Assembly (NCBI RefSeq): GCF_031845785.1
Contig: NZ_JAVRFI010000002.1
Span: 276,388-300,387 of the forward strand
DNA: 24,000 nt
Source: Streptomyces hesseae
GTDB lineage: Bacteria; Actinomycetota; Actinomycetes; Streptomycetales; Streptomycetaceae
Reading direction: 5' to 3'
Positions 1 through 7,618 of this stretch are shown here, piece by piece. The notes beneath the pieces were generated by a model. The model worked only from the letters and a program-made list of their open reading frames with translations, was not told the DNA's origin and did no database searches. Numbering within the stretch: the first letter of the stretch is position 1; each line of letters opens with the position of its first letter. A program made the position numbers and the translations under genes.

Positions 1-1796
1 GATACTTCACGGTCCGGCTCGCGGACTTCCCGAGCGCGTACGGCACGTCCTGTCTCACGCGCGTCGAGGAGGCGGTGAAGCCACTGCGCGCCGACGGCCT
101 CACCGTCGAGTACGGAAGTCCGCTCGGAGAGCTGGCGCGTCCCCCGGGAAACGACCGGTTGTCGGAGCTGATCGGTCTCGTGACCGCGGTGGCCGTGCTG
201 ATCCTGGGCTTCGGCAGTATCGCGGCGGCCGCGATACCTCTCGTCACCTCGATGCTGGCACTGCTCGTCGGGCTCAGCTCGCTCGGCCTGCTCGCCAACG
301 CGTTCACCTTCGCCACACCGTCCCCGACGGTGGCCACCATGATGGGCCTCGGTGCCGGGCTGGACTACACGCTCTTCCTGACCACACGCCACCGCCGAGT
401 GCTGCGTGGGACCAGTGACCCGGTCGAAGCCGCCGGGGCCGCGATGGCCACCGGCGGACATGCCGTACTGATCGCCGTCGCGGCCGTGATCCTGGCGCTG
501 ACCGGTCTGTGCCTCTCCGGCACCGGCTTCATCGCCACGCTCGCGGTCGCTGCCGGAATCACCGTACTGGTGGCCGCCGCTGCCTCGCTCACCCTCGCCC
601 CGGCCCTGTTCGGGCTGCTCGGCCGGAACATCGACCGTTTCCGCCTCGGCCGTCCCGTCGACGAGGCCACCGGCACTGCGGACCTCTGGTACCGATGGTC
701 CCGCGCCCTCGGCCGGCACCCGTGCCGTTTCCTCGCCATCGGTGTCCTCGCGGTGGGGACGCTGAGCATCCCGCTCGCGTCCGTGCGCCTGGGTCACATC
801 GACGCCGGTTCCACACCCGGCCGTTACACCGACAGACGCGCCTACGAGCTCATCGCGAAGAACTTCGGTCCCGGCGCCAACGGCCCGCTGACCGTCGTCG
901 TCGAACTCCGCCCCGCCCGGACCGGCGCGGAACCGAGTCCGTCTGCCGACTCCCTCTCCGCAGCCCTGATACGGACCCCGGGTGTCGCGGCGGTCAGCAC
1001 GCCGGCGCCCACCGCCGACCGCACCCTCCTCATCGCGACCGTCACTCCGGAGCACGGCCCCCAGGACCGCAGAACCGCCGACCTGCTCCACCGCCTCGAC
1101 CGCACCGTCCTGCCCAAAGCCCTCGCAGGCACCGGAGCACGCGGTTACATCACCGGCCTCACCGCCGCCCGGCTCACCTTCGCCGACGTGCTGCTCGGGA
1201 ACCTGCCCACGATCATCGCCTTCGTGACCGGCACGGCCTTCCTCCTGCTCCTCGTCACCTTCCGCGGTCTGCTCGTCGCGGCGAAAGCCGCCCTCCTCAA
1301 CCTGTTCTCCATCGGCGCGGCCCTCGGAGTGGTCGTCGCCGTCTTCCAGGAGGGCTGGGGCGGCTCCCTCGTCGGCATCACCGAGCCCGTCCCCATCGAG
1401 CCCTACGTACCGGTCCTGGTGCTCACCATCGTCTTCGGACTGTCCATGGACTACGAGATCTTCCTGATCGTCCGCATCCGTGAAACCTGGCTTCGCACCG
1501 GGGACAACCACGAGAGCGTCGCCACCGGCCTCGCGGCCACCGCTCGCGTCATCACGAGCGCCGCGGTAATCATGACCAGTGTCTTCCTCGCCTTCCTGCT
1601 CAGCACCGACGTCGTCATCAAAATGATCGCCCTGGGCCTGGGCGCCAGCGTGATCATCGACGCCACGCTCATGCGCCTGCTCCTCGTGCCGGCCACCATG
1701 CACCTGCTCGGGAACGCCAACTGGTGGCTCCCGGACCTCCTACGGAGGAGAAGCGGTCTTGGGGACCGTCGGTACAACCGTCGGCGCCGAGATTGA
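1..1796 (+). CDS. MMPL-family (RND superfamily) membrane transporter; 5' end lies outside the window
   Basis: The frame is open from nt 3 with no stop before the listed ORF 75..1796, so the gene is cut by the window edge. Two multi-helix hydrophobic blocks are separated by a ~180-aa soluble loop. Paired motifs GLGAGLDYTLFL and GLSMDYEIFLIVRIRE are typical of MMPL/RND membrane domains. Strong GC3 bias. Confidence 0.85.
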   Translation, partial: YFTVRLADFPSAYGTSCLTRVEEAVKPLRADGLTVEYGSPLGELARPPGNDRLSELIGLVTAVAVLILGFGSIAAAAIPLVTSMLALLVGLSSLGLLANAFTFATPSPTVATMMGLGAGLDYTLFLTTRHRRVLRGTSDPVEAAGAAMATGGHAVLIAVAAVILALTGLCLSGTGFIATLAVAAGITVLVAAAASLTLAPALFGLLGRNIDRFRLGRPVDEATGTADLWYRWSRALGRHPCRFLAIGVLAVGTLSIPLASVRLGHIDAGSTPGRYTDRRAYELIAKNFGPGANGPLTVVVELRPARTGAEPSPSADSLSAALIRTPGVAAVSTPAPTADRTLLIATVTPEHGPQDRRTADLLHRLDRTVLPKALAGTGARGYITGLTAARLTFADVLLGNLPTIIAFVTGTAFLLLLVTFRGLLVAAKAALLNLFSIGAALGVVVAVFQEGWGGSLVGITEPVPIEPYVPVLVLTIVFGLSMDYEIFLIVRIRETWLRTGDNHESVATGLAATARVITSAAVIMTSVFLAFLLSTDVVIKMIALGLGASVIIDATLMRLLLVPATMHLLGNANWWLPDLLRRRSGLGDRRYNRRRRD

Positions 1797-1816
1797 TCAC
1801 GGTCGGCGGCATTGCC

Positions 1817-1841
1817 CGGCAGGGTGCGTCCGGACCTGCCG
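1817..1841 (+). terminator. Weak terminator-like GC hairpin after the MMPL gene
   Basis: CGGCAGG (1817-1823) pairs with CCTGCCG (1835-1841): a 7-bp stem with an 11-nt loop, starting 21 nt after the stop at 1796. No U-tract. Confidence 0.3.
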
Positions 1842-1877
1842 ACCAGCCTCGGCGTAGAGACCCTCTCACCACTTTCA

Positions 1878-1937
1878 GGTGATTGCCGCCGATTGTCGTG
1901 ATGGGGTGATTTTCCGCCGCTACGGTGATCGGGTCAT
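1878..1937 (+). promoter_or_regulatory. Imperfect ~27-bp tandem direct repeat (GGTGAT-bounded) upstream of the decarboxylase operon; candidate operator
   Basis: GGTGATTGCCGCCGATTGTCGTGATGG (1878-1904) is followed directly by GGTGATTTTCCGCCGCTACGGTGATCG (1905-1931) and a third partial unit GGTCAT. GTGAT/GTCAT pentamers start at 1879, 1898, 1906, 1925 and 1933 (spacing 19, 8, 19, 8). The repeat sits 25-90 nt upstream of the start at 1962/1968. Confidence 0.35.
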
Positions 1938-1961
1938 CGGGGTCCGGGGGGCAGGGGTGGG

Positions 1962-3389
1962 GTGGGTATGGAGCTGGGGTACTGGCTCGGGCGGGGAGCC
2001 GAGGCTTTCCGGGAATGGGCGCGAACGTACGACGAGTTCGCGGCGCATACCGCGATGGCGGTCGACGAAGCGGCCTGTGAGGTGGCATTCGAGGAGCTGA
2101 CCGCCCGGCTGCGCGGCAGTTACCCCTTCTTCCACCCCTGCTACGCGGGGCAGATACTCAAGCCGCCGCACCCGGTGGCGGTCGCCGGCTATGCGGCCGC
2201 CATGCTGGTCAACTCCAACAACCACGCGCTGGACGGCGGTCCGGCGACCTCCGCCATGGAGGAGGAGGTGGTGGAGCAGCTCGCGCAGATGGCCGGTTTC
2301 GCGGCCCACCTCGGGCACCTGACCAGCAGCGGCACCCAGGCCAACCTCGAAGCCTTGTTCGTCGCCCGTGAGGCCCGTCCCGGCACGGGGGTCGCCGTCA
2401 GCGCCGAGGCGCACTACACCCACGCCCGGATGTGCCATCTGCTGGGCGTCCCCGTGTACACGGTGCCGGTGGACGATCGTGGGCGCATGGACATGGCCGG
2501 GCTGGAGCGGCTGCTGTCCACCGGGGTCGCCGGCACGGTCGTCGCCACCACGGGCACGACGGCGCTGGGTGCCGTCGATCCACTGCACCGCATCGTCCCG
2601 CTGGCGCGCCGGTACGGGGTGCGCGTCCATGCCGACGCCGCTTATGGCGGCTTCTTCCGGCTACTGGCCGACGGAAGAACCGACAAGGAGCAGGCGCCCG
2701 TCGCGCCGGAGACCGGGGACGCCCTGCGGGCGATCGCGCAGTGCGATTCGGTGGTGATCGATCCGCACAAGCACGGTCTGCAGCCGTACGGTTGTGGAGC
2801 GGTGTTGTTCGGGGACCCGGACGTCGCCCGGTTCTTCCGGCATGACTCGCCCTACACCTACTTCACCTCCCGCAGACCTCATCTGGGGGAGATCAGCCTC
2901 GAATGCTCCCGCTCCGGCGCGGCCGCCGCCGCTCTGTGGCTGACGCTGAAGCTGCTGCCGCTCACCCCTGACGGGCTCGGGGCGGTGCTCGCCGCCGGGC
3001 GACGGGCCGCCGTCCGCTGGGCCGGGCTGATCGGCGCCTCTCCGTACCTGGATCCGTACCAGCCTCCCGAGCTCGACATCGTGACGTACTACCCGGCCGC
3101 TCCGGGGAGTTCGCCACCTCGCCTGTCCCATGTCGGCAGGGCGAGCGATGAGGTGCTGCACCGGGGGATGAACGCCAAGGAGGACCCCGTCTTCCTCAGC
3201 GTCGCCCGTGTCACCGCCGGCGCGTTCACCGCCCGCCACGCCGACGCCGTCGCGGACAGCGACAACACCCACGTATTGCGCAGCGTGCTGATGAAACCGG
3301 AGAGCGAGCTGTATCTCGACCGCCTCCACCAGCGGGTGGAGCAGCTGGCCAAGGCATCGTGGCCCGCTCCTCGGAGGTGCGGCCGATGA
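1962..3389 (+). CDS. Group II pyridoxal-phosphate-dependent decarboxylase (MfnA / tyrosine-decarboxylase-like)
   Basis: Motifs present: HPCYAGQILKPPHP, NSNNHALDGGPATSAMEEEV, HLTSSGTQANLEAL, TGTTALGAVDP, HADAAYGG. The Schiff-base lysine motif is VIDPHKHGLQPYGCG (Lys codon 2769-2771). Start is GTG 1962 or ATG 1968. The stop overlaps the next start (ATGA at 3386-3389). Confidence 0.85.
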   Translation: MGMELGYWLGRGAEAFREWARTYDEFAAHTAMAVDEAACEVAFEELTARLRGSYPFFHPCYAGQILKPPHPVAVAGYAAAMLVNSNNHALDGGPATSAMEEEVVEQLAQMAGFAAHLGHLTSSGTQANLEALFVAREARPGTGVAVSAEAHYTHARMCHLLGVPVYTVPVDDRGRMDMAGLERLLSTGVAGTVVATTGTTALGAVDPLHRIVPLARRYGVRVHADAAYGGFFRLLADGRTDKEQAPVAPETGDALRAIAQCDSVVIDPHKHGLQPYGCGAVLFGDPDVARFFRHDSPYTYFTSRRPHLGEISLECSRSGAAAAALWLTLKLLPLTPDGLGAVLAAGRRAAVRWAGLIGASPYLDPYQPPELDIVTYYPAAPGSSPPRLSHVGRASDEVLHRGMNAKEDPVFLSVARVTAGAFTARHADAVADSDNTHVLRSVLMKPESELYLDRLHQRVEQLAKASWPAPRRCGR

Positions 3390-4213
3390 ACAGCGAGACG
3401 CCGCCGACGCCTCTGACCCTGGCCACCGACTCGCGCGTCCCCGTGCGGGCGGCGGCCGTTGCCACGACCGCCGATTACGACCGCTACTTCCACATCGCGC
3501 GTCAAGCGCCGGACCTGACGTCCTGGACATACGACATGCTCCGGCTCCAGACAGCCGTCCTCGCCGACCTTCCGCACACCGGTCTGGACGACTCCCAGCG
3601 TGCCGCCGTCCTGACCGGTCTGTTGCACGCCTCCCACGCCACGCTGGCCGCGTGGCTGCGGTCCACGCCGGGATCCGTACCGGACGGGCCCGCCGACGGC
3701 CCGTACGGCGCACTGCGCCGCTGGAAACTCGGCCATCAGCTCTTCCATCTCCTGCTGACCACCATGAACAGCGCCCTCGACGACATCTTGGCCGCAGTGG
3801 GCGCGGCACGGTGGGCGTCCGTCCGCCACGGCCTGGAGCGGTTGCGGACGCTGTACGACGCGGCCACCGCCGCCATGGCCTACGCCTCGGACTTCCCCGC
3901 CTCCGTCTACGCGAACGACGTACGGCCCACGATGGAGCCGCCGTTCGCCGCACCGGGCTTCTCCGGAACGCTCAATCAGGAGCACCACGTCATGACCGAA
4001 CGGACGCGCGCCCTCAGGACCGCGCTCGGAAACCTGTCGGCGCCGACGCCCCTCCTCGCCGTGATCCGTCACGAGGAGACCCTGCTGCGGGCGGCACAGC
4101 GACGGAACCGGAAGGCGCACGCGGCGATCTGCGAGCGCTGCGTGCCGGACGGCGCCTCGCTCCTGTCGCGGCACACCACCCGGCAGAGGAGCGACCGTGC
4201 GACATGTGAGTGA
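3386..4213 (+). CDS. Hypothetical protein with no confidently recognised family; tentative resemblance to the tryptophan 2,3-dioxygenase / haem-dependent aromatic oxygenase superfamily
   Basis: ATG 3386 overlaps the upstream stop (ATGA). GC3-biased 275-aa ORF, largely helical in composition. Motifs occur in TDO order: GHQLFHLLL (His117), SVYANDVRPTMEPPFAAPGFSG (Tyr175, Arg180), RRNRKAHAAICERCVPDGAS (His245). The family assignment comes from recalled motifs only. Confidence 0.7.
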   Translation: MNSETPPTPLTLATDSRVPVRAAAVATTADYDRYFHIARQAPDLTSWTYDMLRLQTAVLADLPHTGLDDSQRAAVLTGLLHASHATLAAWLRSTPGSVPDGPADGPYGALRRWKLGHQLFHLLLTTMNSALDDILAAVGAARWASVRHGLERLRTLYDAATAAMAYASDFPASVYANDVRPTMEPPFAAPGFSGTLNQEHHVMTERTRALRTALGNLSAPTPLLAVIRHEETLLRAAQRRNRKAHAAICERCVPDGASLLSRHTTRQRSDRATCE

Positions 4214-7001
4214 GTGGACGATCCCTGCGTCACGGGCCGTGGGGGACGTCGAGGGCATCGACGCACGGACCGGCCTGCGGCTGCTGGCCGGCCTGGTCGA
4301 CGAGGTCGTGTGGCTCGACCACTGCCCCGCCGTGAGCGCCTCGTTCCAGCCGGCGCCCGCCTGGCTCCACCACGAACCGGTCTCCGCCTGGGAGCCCTTG
4401 CCGGAACCCCCGCCCGGCCAGCAGCCGTGCCCGCCCGACCCACGCCGTGTCTGTGTGTCCTTCGCTCCCGAGCACGGGGACAACGCCCGCACCTGGGCCC
4501 GTACGCACGGCTACCGGCTGCTGGCCCCGGACGCCGGTGTCACGGCGTGGGCCGCCGACAAGATCAGCGCCACCCGGCTGTTCGCCGAGGCCGGGGTCCC
4601 CGTCCCGCCCTTCCTGGTGATCCCCGCGTCAGGCCGCGAGCCGGCGGAGGCGTACTGGAGCGGCCGGTGGGAGCGGGCCGTCGCCCAGCGGGCGGAGAAC
4701 AACCTCATCGGCCGCGGGACCGTCCTCGTCGACGGGCCGCCGGGCCTGCGGGCCTGCCTGGACTCCTGGCGGGGCGAACCCGTCAAGCTCAGCCGCTTCG
4801 CTCCCGGGATCTCCCTGACCGTCACCGCGTGCGCCGGGCCGGACCGGACCGTCGTCTCGGCGGTCTCCCACCAGCTCGTCGGGCTGCCCGAGCTGGCCGC
4901 CTCCTGGGGCGCGCACTGCGGCAACCAGCTCGTCGGCCCGGACGACCTGCCCGAGGGGCTGTACGGGCAGGCCCGAGCGGCCGCGTACCAGGTGGGCGAG
5001 GTCCTGCGGGGACGTGGTTTCCGCGGTGTCTTCGGCCTGGACCTGGTGGAGGAGGACGGCCGGCTGCTGGCCGTGGAGGTCAATCCACGCTTCCAGACGG
5101 TGGTGTCCCTGGTCCAGGCCGCCGAGGGCGCGGCGGGCCTTCTGCCGTCCCTGGGCCTGCACGTCCTGTCCTTCCTCCTTCCCGCCCTGCCCCCTCCGGC
5201 GGCCGGACCGCTGCCGCCCGGCCCGCGCCACAGTCAGCTCGTGGTGCATGCCCGTACGGACGCCGTGGTGCGCCGCCCGCCCCCGACGGGGCGCTACCGC
5301 AGGGACGGGCGCGCGGTGACGGGACCGCTTCCCGGGCCGCCCGTGGTGTCCCGGCTGGCCGACGACGAGGTCCTGTGGTGGGCCGTCGCCCGTTCCGGTC
5401 CGGTCATCGCGGGCGAGGAGCTGGCGCTCGTCCAGTTCCCGCGGCCGGTCGCGGGGCTGCGGCCCCGTCCGCGACTGCGGCCCGGCGCCTCGGCCTGGCT
5501 TGCGGCCCTCGCCCCGGACACGGGGCAGGAGGGATCGCACACCGAGGACGAGCCTCCCCCACTGCGGCTGGACGAACGGCGGATGCGCGAGGCGGGCCGC
5601 CACGCCGTCGAACTCGTCATCGACCGGATGACCACCCCCGGCTCCCGGCCGCCCTGCCACGTCCCCTCACCCGGCGCTCTCAGGGCCGCCCTCGACGAGC
5701 CCCTCCCCGAGCACGGTACCCACGACCTGCCCGGCCTCCTCGACCACGTCACCGAGCGCGCACTCGCCGAGGCGACCCGGCTGGACCACCCGCGCTGCTT
5801 CGCCTTCGTGCCCTCCACCGGCAACTTCCCCGCCGTGCTCGCCGACGCGCTGGCCTCCGCGTACCTCTCCGTCCCCGGCGCCTGGCTCGTCGGAGCGGGC
5901 CCCACCCAGATCGAACTGACCACCCTGCGCTGGCTGAAGACGTTCCTGGGCCTCCCGGACGGCCACGGCGGCCTGTTCGTCAGCGGCGGGTCCGTGGCCA
6001 ACCTGACCTGTCTGGCCGTCGCCCGCGACCACCGCCTCGACGGCCGGCCGCAGCCGCACGCCCGGCTGTACTGCTCCTCCCAGGCTCACCCTTCCGTCGC
6101 ACAGGCGGCGCACCTCCTGGGCCTCACCCGCGAACAGCTCGCCGTCCTGCCTCCGGACGACGACCTGCGCCTGGACGCCGACGTCCTGGCCGAGCGCGTC
6201 GGCCGTGACCGCCGCGCGGGACTGCGCCCCTTCGCCGTCGTCGCCACGCTCGGCACGACCGGCACCGGGGCCGTCGACCCGCTCGGCCGTCTGGCCGATC
6301 TGTGCCAGGAGGAAGGCCTGTGGCTGCATGTCGACGGCGCCCATGGCGCGGCCGTCGCCGGCGCCCCACGCGGTCACCATCTGCGGGACGCCCTCGGCCG
6401 GGCCGACTCCCTCACCGTCGATCCGCACAAATGGCTGTTCCAGCCCTATGAGATCGGCTGTGTCCTGCTACGGCGCCCCGAACTGCTTTCCGAGACCTTC
6501 GGTGTGGCGCGCCACGCCTTGGACCAGGGGTATCTCCGAGCGGCCCATCCGGCCGCCCCGGCATGCGAGGAGGTCAACCTCTCCGACTACGGCCCGCAGC
6601 AGAGCCGCGGTCTGCGCGCCCTGAAGCTCTGGCTCTCCCTGAAGACCTTCGGCGCCGGAGCCTTCCGTCAGGCCATCGAGCGGGGAGCGGACCTCGCCGA
6701 GTACGCCGCCGGACTCGTCGAGGCCCACCCCGAGCTTGAGCTGGTCACGCCGCCCGGTCTCGCCATCCTCACCTTCCGCTACCGGCCCCGGGACGCGCCC
6801 GCGACATGGGACGCCGACGCGGCGCAGGCACACATCAGCCGGAGGGTGTGCGCCGACGGCGGAGCCGTCCTCCTCACCACCACGGTCCGGGGAGCCACCG
6901 TGCTCCGCATGTGCACCATCAACCCCACCAGCACCCGTGCCGACGCCGCGTACGTGCTGGACCTGGTCACCCGCTACGGCCGCGACGACATCGGCCCCTG
7001 A
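4197..7001 (+). CDS. Fusion protein: N-terminal ATP-grasp carboxylate-amine ligase domain plus C-terminal group II PLP-dependent decarboxylase domain
   Basis: GTG 4197 (or GTG 4206) lies inside the last 17 nt of the upstream gene, whose stop is at 4211-4213. ATP-grasp signatures fall around aa 115-300 (AADKISATRLFAEAGVPVPPF, GVFGLDLVEEDGRLLAVEVNPRFQ). A Pro/Arg-rich linker covers ~aa 416-458. Decarboxylase signatures: FVSGGSVANLTCLAVAR, ATLGTTGTGAVDP, HVDGAHGA, TVDPHKWLFQPYEIGC (Lys745, codon 6429-6431). One uninterrupted 934-aa frame. Confidence 0.85.
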   Translation: MRHVSEWTIPASRAVGDVEGIDARTGLRLLAGLVDEVVWLDHCPAVSASFQPAPAWLHHEPVSAWEPLPEPPPGQQPCPPDPRRVCVSFAPEHGDNARTWARTHGYRLLAPDAGVTAWAADKISATRLFAEAGVPVPPFLVIPASGREPAEAYWSGRWERAVAQRAENNLIGRGTVLVDGPPGLRACLDSWRGEPVKLSRFAPGISLTVTACAGPDRTVVSAVSHQLVGLPELAASWGAHCGNQLVGPDDLPEGLYGQARAAAYQVGEVLRGRGFRGVFGLDLVEEDGRLLAVEVNPRFQTVVSLVQAAEGAAGLLPSLGLHVLSFLLPALPPPAAGPLPPGPRHSQLVVHARTDAVVRRPPPTGRYRRDGRAVTGPLPGPPVVSRLADDEVLWWAVARSGPVIAGEELALVQFPRPVAGLRPRPRLRPGASAWLAALAPDTGQEGSHTEDEPPPLRLDERRMREAGRHAVELVIDRMTTPGSRPPCHVPSPGALRAALDEPLPEHGTHDLPGLLDHVTERALAEATRLDHPRCFAFVPSTGNFPAVLADALASAYLSVPGAWLVGAGPTQIELTTLRWLKTFLGLPDGHGGLFVSGGSVANLTCLAVARDHRLDGRPQPHARLYCSSQAHPSVAQAAHLLGLTREQLAVLPPDDDLRLDADVLAERVGRDRRAGLRPFAVVATLGTTGTGAVDPLGRLADLCQEEGLWLHVDGAHGAAVAGAPRGHHLRDALGRADSLTVDPHKWLFQPYEIGCVLLRRPELLSETFGVARHALDQGYLRAAHPAAPACEEVNLSDYGPQQSRGLRALKLWLSLKTFGAGAFRQAIERGADLAEYAAGLVEAHPELELVTPPGLAILTFRYRPRDAPATWDADAAQAHISRRVCADGGAVLLTTTVRGATVLRMCTINPTSTRADAAYVLDLVTRYGRDDIGP

Positions 7002-7013
7002 GTGGCCGCCCGG

Positions 7014-7556
7014 TCAGACGATCACCAGCTCCGACGGCCCGGTGATCAGCTCCACCCCGTCCTTCGACGCGCACTTCAGCGGATCGAGCGCGACCTGAAG
7101 CCCCGGCGAGGCCACCGTCCGCCCCTTGAACTTCCCCTCCACCACCCGGCCCACGATCAGTACGACCGCCTGCCCGGCCACCTGCTGTACGTTCCCCAAG
7201 TGGTACACGACCGTCGTCCGCTCCCCGGTGTTCCAGGTGATCCGCTCGGCGGTGGTCGCCTCGGAGAAGAAGCAGCCGTTCCACCCGCCGCCGCTGATCG
7301 AGGACTCCCCCGACCGCAGCGCCGGGTCCGTGGAAAGACATCTGTACGCACCGCTGCCGCCGATCCGGGTCCGTTGCGCCGCCAGCGACAGACCGGGTGA
7401 GAACGTGATGGTGTTGTTCCCCGCGCAGCTCACGGCAGCACGCGATGCGTGTGCCGAAGGGTGTGCCGAAGCGTCGGGCGCCGCGTTCACCAGCGCGGCC
7501 AGCGACGCCGCCACCACACACCCGAGCCTCCTGCCCCATGACAACCGTCCGCCCAT
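7014..7556 (-). CDS. Secreted four-cysteine protein of unknown function (paralogue of 11589..12194)
   Basis: I chose the internal ATG at 7556 of listed ORF 7014..8036. The longer form would overlap the MFS gene and is Arg/Pro-rich. GGGAGGGG lies ~11 nt upstream. Signal peptide MGGRLSWGRRLGCVVAASLAALVNAAPDASA. The mature part is beta-rich with 4 Cys (SCAG, RCLSTD, GCFF, KCAS). Confidence 0.7.
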   Translation of the reverse strand: MGGRLSWGRRLGCVVAASLAALVNAAPDASAHPSAHASRAAVSCAGNNTITFSPGLSLAAQRTRIGGSGAYRCLSTDPALRSGESSISGGGWNGCFFSEATTAERITWNTGERTTVVYHLGNVQQVAGQAVVLIVGRVVEGKFKGRTVASPGLQVALDPLKCASKDGVELITGPSELVIV

Positions 7557-7618
7557 GTCTGCCCAACCCCTCCCGTAAAGCCACCGCGTACCGACGGCGG
7601 CATCCTTTCGTTCCATCC

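Noticed and set aside
2661-4492. Long minus-strand ORFs (430 aa and 467 aa) antisense to the decarboxylase operon
   Set aside because: They are extremely Arg/Gly/Pro/Ala-rich and fully overlap well-supported plus-strand genes. These are typical shadow ORFs of high-GC DNA.
4214-6208. 664-aa plus-strand ORF in an alternative frame inside the ATP-grasp::decarboxylase gene
   Set aside because: The composition is low-complexity Arg/Pro/Gly with no motifs. The overlapping frame carries clear ATP-grasp and decarboxylase signatures.
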